From the human T2T-CHM13v2.0 reference genome, Homo sapiens, in the NCBI RefSeq assembly GCF_009914755.1, contig NC_060926.1: a stretch of DNA of 64,000 bases; one strand, written 5' to 3'. The notes beneath the pieces are model-generated. The model saw only the letters and a program-made list of their open reading frames with translations. It did no database searches and was not told the origin of the DNA. A program made the position numbers and the translations under genes. Position 1 is the first letter of the stretch; every line of letters begins with the position of its first letter. Of the stretch, positions 58,047 to 64,000 are shown piece by piece.

Positions 58047-59589
58047 GAGTAGCCGCTGAGAATCTGCACAACTCTGCGGTTCAGACCCAAGGCTCTGGTG
58101 GCGTGGGCTGACAAGGGGGATCTCCTGATCTATGGGTTGCACAGATCTGTGGAAAAAGTGTGGTTTCCCAGGCAGAGTAGCACCATCACTCACCGCCTCC
58201 CTCGGCTGAAGGTGGTAGCTCCCCTTGCCCTGTCTGACTCCTAGGTGGGCTGTGGCACCACTCTGCTTTTCCTTACTCTCCGTAGGTCACACCAACCACC
58301 TACTCAGTCCCATTAAGAAGACCTGGATACCTCAGTTCAGTCTGTTTAAATAATTCTTCAAGTTTGCAGGCAACTGAAACTCACCAGTTAATGATTAAGT
58401 AGTAGCCGCACCTGTTCCATTTGATAAGAAAGGTTATTTGGAGAGGATCTTAGCTCTAGAAGCCCAATGGGGAGGGAAGCTTGTGGTTAAGTTATTGGAG
58501 GCCCTGTGATTTCACCAGATATCCAGTCAGCACATAATTTTAGACATTAGTTCTTAGGCTTTATATCATATAATAAATATGGCTGGAATGATAGACTAGA
58601 AAACTCTTGATGTTTCTGTCCTAATATTATAATTTATTAATGAAAGAATTATCAATACATTCTAAAATCATTGGGCAAAAAGTGTTTAAGAATAGAATAT
58701 TCATGTTTTCAAAGCATCATTGCACATATTACTTGAAAGGTGGAACATGTCCCTTTAAAATGGAAAGATCATACAGTGACAATCTTAACCAAGTGGCTAA
58801 GTTTGGCATTACTGATGGTGTAAAGCCTAACTTTTTGTTTCTTCTGATGACATGCAATGGGAGATACACTACACCAGTTTTGTGGTATTCTTACCAAAAA
58901 TGTTGACCTCAGTCTAATCGCAAAAAAAAAAAAACAAAAAACAGACAAATCTATGATGGTATGCTTTGCGAGACAGCTACCCTGGGCTTCTCAAAAAGTT
59001 AATACTTTAATATTAAATCAAAATATGTAATAATGAATAATAGGGGAAAACATCAACTATTTTAAATTAGATAAGACTAAAGTAACGTAACAGTGAAATG
59101 CAATGCATGAAGTTGCATGACAGACCGAAAAGATATAAAGAACATTTACGTGACTATTGATGAAATGTAACGTAGGTTGCATGTTGTATAATTTTATTAA
59201 ACTGTTTATTTTTCTCAGGTGTGGTAATGGTGTTGTGGTTATATATTCTTGGGAGGCCCATACTTAAATATAATTGTGCAATCTCCTTTGGATCATTCAA
59301 CAAAACAGTTGTGTGTATGTTTATGTTAAAAGAGAGAAGGAGACAGAGAGAGAGAAAAGGAGAGAGACAGAAAAAGAGAGAGAGTGAGAGAAGGAGAGAA
59401 GGAGAAAAAGTGAGAGAAATGAAGTATATATGGAAAGATGTTGAGAATTAGTGATTCTAAGTGAGGATTATGCAGATCTTTATTGTACTGTTCTTTCAAC
59501 TTTTCTTCAAGTTTGAGGTTTTTAAAAGTAAAAAAAAAAATTACCACATAGCTGAAGGTGAAAACATACCAATTATGGTGGATAAATAA

Positions 59590-60420
59590 CTTAAACAGGG
59601 AGTCAGACTTCTGCTCACATCCCTTATCATAATAAAATTGCAGAATCTAAGAGGAAGTGGAATCTTAAGAGATTTTAGAAGAAAGGCAGTCTACAGAAGA
59701 CAAGCAATTTAAACAGGCCTCTCAGCAACAGCCATTAGAAACCTAAATACAATGGAATGTAACTTCAGTGAGCTGAAATAGCTTAAAATTCTGTACCTAG
59801 CCAATACACTTTTCCTGAGGGTAAAATATATGTTTGAACAGATAATCTGGGATAAGCCAAAAACAAATACTCAGTAAAATAAATGTTAAAGGTATAATGT
59901 AAACAGAAAAAAAAATCCAGATGTGAAAGTAATGATACAAAAAGAAATTATGAGCAATTATATTGGCAAAAATGTGACTAAATCAAAGCAAATTATGACT
60001 ATATAAAGCCAAAGTAATTTGAAATTTTGTGAAGAGGAAAAATATCTTTCAAAAAACTGATTAAAAAATTATATACACAATAGGAAGGGGAGTAAAGTAA
60101 CTGTATACTATGGCTTTTGAGTAGTTTGAAGAGGGGTAAGTTAATTGTTTTTAAATTAGCATAATCACAAAAAATATAGATGCAAAGTACAAATTTCTAA
60201 AAATAGAGGAGAAAAATAGAATAAGAAAATAGGAGGCACAGAATTGAGACTCCAAGAATATGAAAAATACAATCCAGGTGATAGAGTAAGATTGGGCAAC
60301 AGTGACAGAATAAAGATTGAGGAATAGGTAAACCAATGAAATATATTGTTAGGAGAGCATTTCCAAGACCACAAAGAAACTTAGCAGCTCTCAATTATAA
60401 ATAAAAGTTATTTTATGATA
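59590..60420 (+). mobile_element. Ancient L1M ORF1/inter-ORF relic
   Basis: 'ctctcagcaacagccattagaaacc...tacaatggaatg...aattctgtacctagccaa' is ORF1 C-terminal-like. Confidence 0.45.
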
Positions 60421-61529
60421 ATACTAAAACTCTTATTGAATTTATGAGTGAGCCCCGAAATAGAACATGTTTCATAGGCATAAGACTTGATTAAATCACT
60501 ATTTTCTCTAGGAGGGAGGCCCCTGTGACCTGGGGGGAAGCCTACACACAGCTCTCACTGATGGACAAGAACAGTGGCCATCCCAGTCAAACTAAACTTG
60601 TGTGAAGAAAAATTAAGCCTAGACATCACCAGTCTGTGACCTCTAGTACCACCCTTGTACCTGTATCACATTCTACTGGTATAACTCAAATATAAGTTCA
60701 GAGTGAAAGCACTGAATCATGAAACTAAGAGGGTAACCTGTAGAAGAAGAGCCAGAGATCTGATTGCATGTTAGGCTTCACTCTAGACTGTAGCCTCTGA
60801 GGATTAATAAAATCTTTGGAATGCAAAGATCACTTTTCCTCTGAATAAGATTTGTGAAATCTCTAGAATTATGCACTTTCATATACATCTGTGGTTCTGC
60901 CTAATTTTAATGGGTACTGCCTTCTGATTCTGTGGGAAGAAAATATCATGGGACTTTGAAATCCGTCAGTTGATTGCACATTTCTTGTTCAGTCAAAATT
61001 TACTTAGAATTCCAAGTGTGCATTTACTAAAACTGTGCTTGAAGGGTTGGTAGTGGGTGATTTTAATTCTCTAGTATTATATGTGATTGCAGTCTGGAAG
61101 GCTGAACTATTTTGGTGATGGCCAACCATGCAGTAAGAAGGTTAACACAATTTGCAATGGTAATCTCTCTTTCATCTACACATTTCAGTCAACCTTGGCA
61201 TTATCTCTAAGGCCGAATCCAAGTGCCTGTAAGCCAGAAGCCTTCAGGAAAGAGCAGCTGTTTTTGTGCTCTCTCACATCTTGAATTCTAGGTCAAAATG
61301 TCATGTAAAAGTTTTTTCACTAAAATATCTATATTGATTTCTAGGAATAAAATAGAAATGCCTGGAGGATTCTGTGTATTTTCCCTGTAAGTCACTGAAA
61401 TATCCTGGTAGGCCATCAAGAAATAAAATGGATTTTGTCTCCATTGTATGATTGAGTCCTCCCTTGAAATCCTTGCTATTATCTGGACCAACAAATGTGT
61501 AGAGTCCAGACTAAGAGTGGAGTTGATTC

Positions 61530-62115
61530 AGTGTATGTATCCATGGGATTTTGGTCAACAAAACAGGACTACTTAAAGCCTTGTTGGGTAGGGGTTTATT
61601 ATAGGAATCAGACCTTACACAAACACGGAAGCACTAACTGAAGAGAAAGTGTTTAAGGGGGACTGGGATGATCAGAGAAAGAATCACTGGCTGGTTTTCC
61701 TGAAGCGCTGACTCAGGTAGACAAGAAGCCAAGCATGCTCTACTGCCAAAGTAGGACTCTGAAGGGGGCACTTCAGCAAGGTCTGTAGGAAGATGTTGTC
61801 TTTGGTGGCCACTACCACTGTGAGTCCACAGCCAAATGCCCAGTGGTAGGTTTGGGGCCACCATTAGTCAGCAGGGCCAGCTACTGAAAAGGTGGACTAG
61901 ATTCAGAGAAGAGGAGAATAAGGATACACTGAGTCTTGCTGGGTACCCCTCTACGTATCTTAGGCATCTATCTTATGAAAACCTTCTGAAAGTAGTAGCT
62001 TCTGTTTCTCTTCTTCCTTCCATATCTCACTGAACGTCTCTCTTCTGGCCAATTCTAATGTAGAAATATCAGGAAAGGGTATTGGGAAATGTAATACTCC
62101 ATATTTGCCTGACAT
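61530..62115 (-). mobile_element. Old ERVL-type LTR (MLT2/LTR80-like)
   Basis: 'ggtttattataggaatcagaccttacac' (antisense polyA region) and the terminus 'gggaaatgtaatactcc...tgaca'. Confidence 0.45.
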
Positions 62116-62444
62116 AAGCAAGATAATCTAGTTAGAAGCTGGCAATTTCCTTATAACCTAGGACAATTAGGAAGTAGAAATTAGAGTCTAAAGCAGTCTG
62201 CAAACTAGGAAGACAGTGGCAAACAGGAGTAACAGGAAACGAAGTCAGGTGCAGTAGACAAACATCTGTCCTGGTGTTATAGGTTGTGCCAGTATATGGG
62301 AGGCTGAGGGTCAGAAGGTTTATGCAAAGAACCAAAGCGAAGCAAGATTTACCTCTGAAATGACAGGAGGTCACAGGTACATGAAACTCAAATGCATTAC
62401 AGGTTTTTTTTTTCTTTGTTATCCAAATATAAAGAGCAGGAGAT

Positions 62445-62600
62445 AAATTTCATCACCTTTTGAGGTGTTTGTTAAAACATGTAGATTTCTGAAACCTCCT
62501 TGCAGACCTAGGAACCGGAATCTCTAGGGTTTTGATTCAGGAATCTGCATTTTAAATACAATCCTCAGATGGTTCTTCTGTGCAGTCTAGTTGGGAAATA
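62445..62600. mobile_element. MER5A/B-like hAT MITE
   Basis: 'tttgttaaaacatgtagattt...gaatctctaggg...caggaatctgcattttaaa...gttgggaaa'. Confidence 0.7.
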
Positions 62601-62749
62601 TATGATTCGCAGAGTGACAGATTCATGCTAACGTCATGTCAGGTACTTACTGATCTGCTTCAGCACTGAGAACAGAGACTGAATTAGAGGACCAGATATA
62701 TAAGTGATTTTTTTTTAACTGACTCATACAGTAGATTTTTTTTTTTTTT

Positions 62750-62860
62750 TTAGAGAAGATAAAATTCAGGCTGGAGATGGCAAATAAATTATTCATGTCA
62801 CCTACCTAGTAAGTGACTGGGCCTATACTCTAATTTAGATCTACTTGACTCCAAAGTGTA
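62750..62860 (-). mobile_element. MIR fragment
   Basis: 'gataaaattcaggctggagatgg...tagtaagtgactgggc...tgactccaaag'. Confidence 0.55.
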
Positions 62861-63879
62861 CCCTTTGAGTGTTGAATGGAGTAAAAGGCTTCAGGCTTGC
62901 AGAATTACTGACTTGCTTGCTAAACATTCATCAGTGAGACCCCTCAGGGAAGGAAAAGTAATACTGGTCTCCTATTAAACTAAGTCTGTGTGGATTTCTA
63001 AGAAAAGTCCTGGAGGCCAACATTCCCCCAAATAAAAGAACTAGTAATGGAGGAAGGCAGGTCCTGAAAAAATCACTCCCAAGAAAAATGAGAACTTCAC
63101 ACTCGCTTTGTTTTCTGCCCCTCTCCTCCTCCCTCTCTGTGGACCCAGCACTTACAACTACTATGACCTCTTCCATCTTTATGTGTCTTCATCATACCAA
63201 GTATTCCCCTTTCTTATCTGAAAAAGAAAAAAAAGAAGAAAGGAAAAAAAAAAACGACATCTTGATCTCGTTTATATGGAATTAATTTTACAGTTAATAA
63301 GTAAAACCTAATATTTTTTGTCTACTTTTTTGGGAGCAATATGGTGAACTCATATTGGCAAAGTTATTTAATGGTTTTATGAAGGAATAGATAAGTGTGA
63401 GTGAGAAAGTGTGGAATCAGATCGCAGCTGTAAAGATAAGCTGAACTATGGCAGCGCAATGTGACCCCTAGTCCTTGCATTCTAATTTAGGTTCTGCTGG
63501 GAAGCTTTACGAGATTATTGAATACCTTTCTAGCAATTAGAGCTGGCCTGGATGGTTCCGGTTGCCTTGGGAATTTGGAAATTCTTCTATGTGAAAGATG
63601 TTTCTGCAGGAGCTGATCATTATACACCGATGTTACAAACAATTAATTTATAAAGTACAAAGTTTCAATTTCACAGTGTTTATTTTGTTTTTTTCTGTTA
63701 GCTATCTGTTCACCAGATAACTATCATTCTTTCCATATCTTGTGGAATTCCTGCTAGGACTAATAAGATAGGAACTGGAAAATAGCTTTGAAAATAGAAT
63801 AATTACTTTGAAAATAGAATAATATGTATTATATGATATACATACAGGAAAGTACTCCTGCAACAGCAACAATTGTACT

Positions 63880-64000
63880 GATTCTAATATCCCAAATCCA
63901 GCGGCTGCTCTTCACCCTCTCTCCTAGCCCAAGCCATCATTTCTACCAGTTTACTACCACAGTCTCTTAAATGATCTGCCTGTGTTCTGTCTGCTTCCAC
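63880..64000 (+). mobile_element. L2 fragment (runs off the window)
   Basis: 'cccaagccatcatttct...tactaccacagtctcttaaatgatctgcctg'. Confidence 0.6.

Larger units (their letters stand above)
50293..58337 (-). mobile_element. Near-full-length older L1PA (about L1PA10-13/PREC2 class), ~6.2 kb after removing two nested L1s; all ORFs disrupted
   Basis: 3' UTR at 50.3 kb. RT fragments '[26 protein letters not shown]' and '[27 protein letters not shown]'. ORF1p fragment 'IQEIQRTPVRYSMRRSTPRHIIIRFSKV' at 56387-56602. GC-richer 5' UTR at 57.2-58.3 kb. Confidence 0.95.
50041..58555 (-). mobile_element. ERVL-type LTR (MER76/77-like), split into ~50041-50292 and ~58340-58555
   Basis: 'cacctgacactgggcagatgagatcaac...actctcagc...ccacacaggttgcact' on the left. 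LTR-like continuation 'caactgaaactc...gataagaaagg...gccctgtg' right after the L1. Confidence 0.5.
48400..59535 (+). mobile_element. L1MC-type 3' region, split into ~48400-49990 and ~58560-59535 by nested insertions
   Basis: 'gccataaaaaagaatgaag' and 'gatttctaaatacca' on the left. On the right, 'cttaaccaagtggctaag', 'gtggtattcttaccaaaaatg' and the terminus 'tcaacttttcttcaagtttgagg...aaaaa'. Confidence 0.65.

Noticed and set aside
57850-58300. CpG-island promoter
   Set aside because: It is the decayed 5' UTR of the L1. Most CpGs have mutated and it is not a host promoter.
63786-63823. 20-bp-period tandem duplication (also short duplications at ~25813-25835 and ~10700-10760)
   Set aside because: Ordinary slippage duplications with no sign of function.

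Overview
AT-rich, CpG-poor primate genomic DNA, very probably human given AluY/AluS, L1PA and MER50. It looks like the inside of a large intron or an intergenic region. Roughly half or more of it is recognisable interspersed repeat: 9 Alus, several L1PA/L1M LINE-1 copies, ERV1/ERVL/MaLR LTRs, a truncated MER4-group ERV1 provirus, MIR/L2/L3 relics and hAT/Tigger DNA-transposon fossils. I could not recognise any host protein-coding gene, RNA gene, CRISPR array or prokaryote-like system. Every ORF I could assign is an L1, Alu or LTR relic, and the rest look like chance ORFs. I found no convincing new biological system. The best leads are: (1) a + strand splice-signal cassette at ~26.1-26.3 kb, either a 15-nt microexon with an upstream UGC or an alternative first exon behind GC boxes; (2) two L1 insertions with double tails (short 3' transductions) inside perfect TSDs; (3) a four-level nest of elements at 48.4-59.5 kb; (4) an old twin-primed L1 inversion; (5) a non-tandem 48-bp duplication; (6) a strong minus-strand bias of LTRs and young L1s, suggesting a + strand host transcript. 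Subfamily names come from remembered consensus features and were not computed. Boundaries of old elements are approximate.
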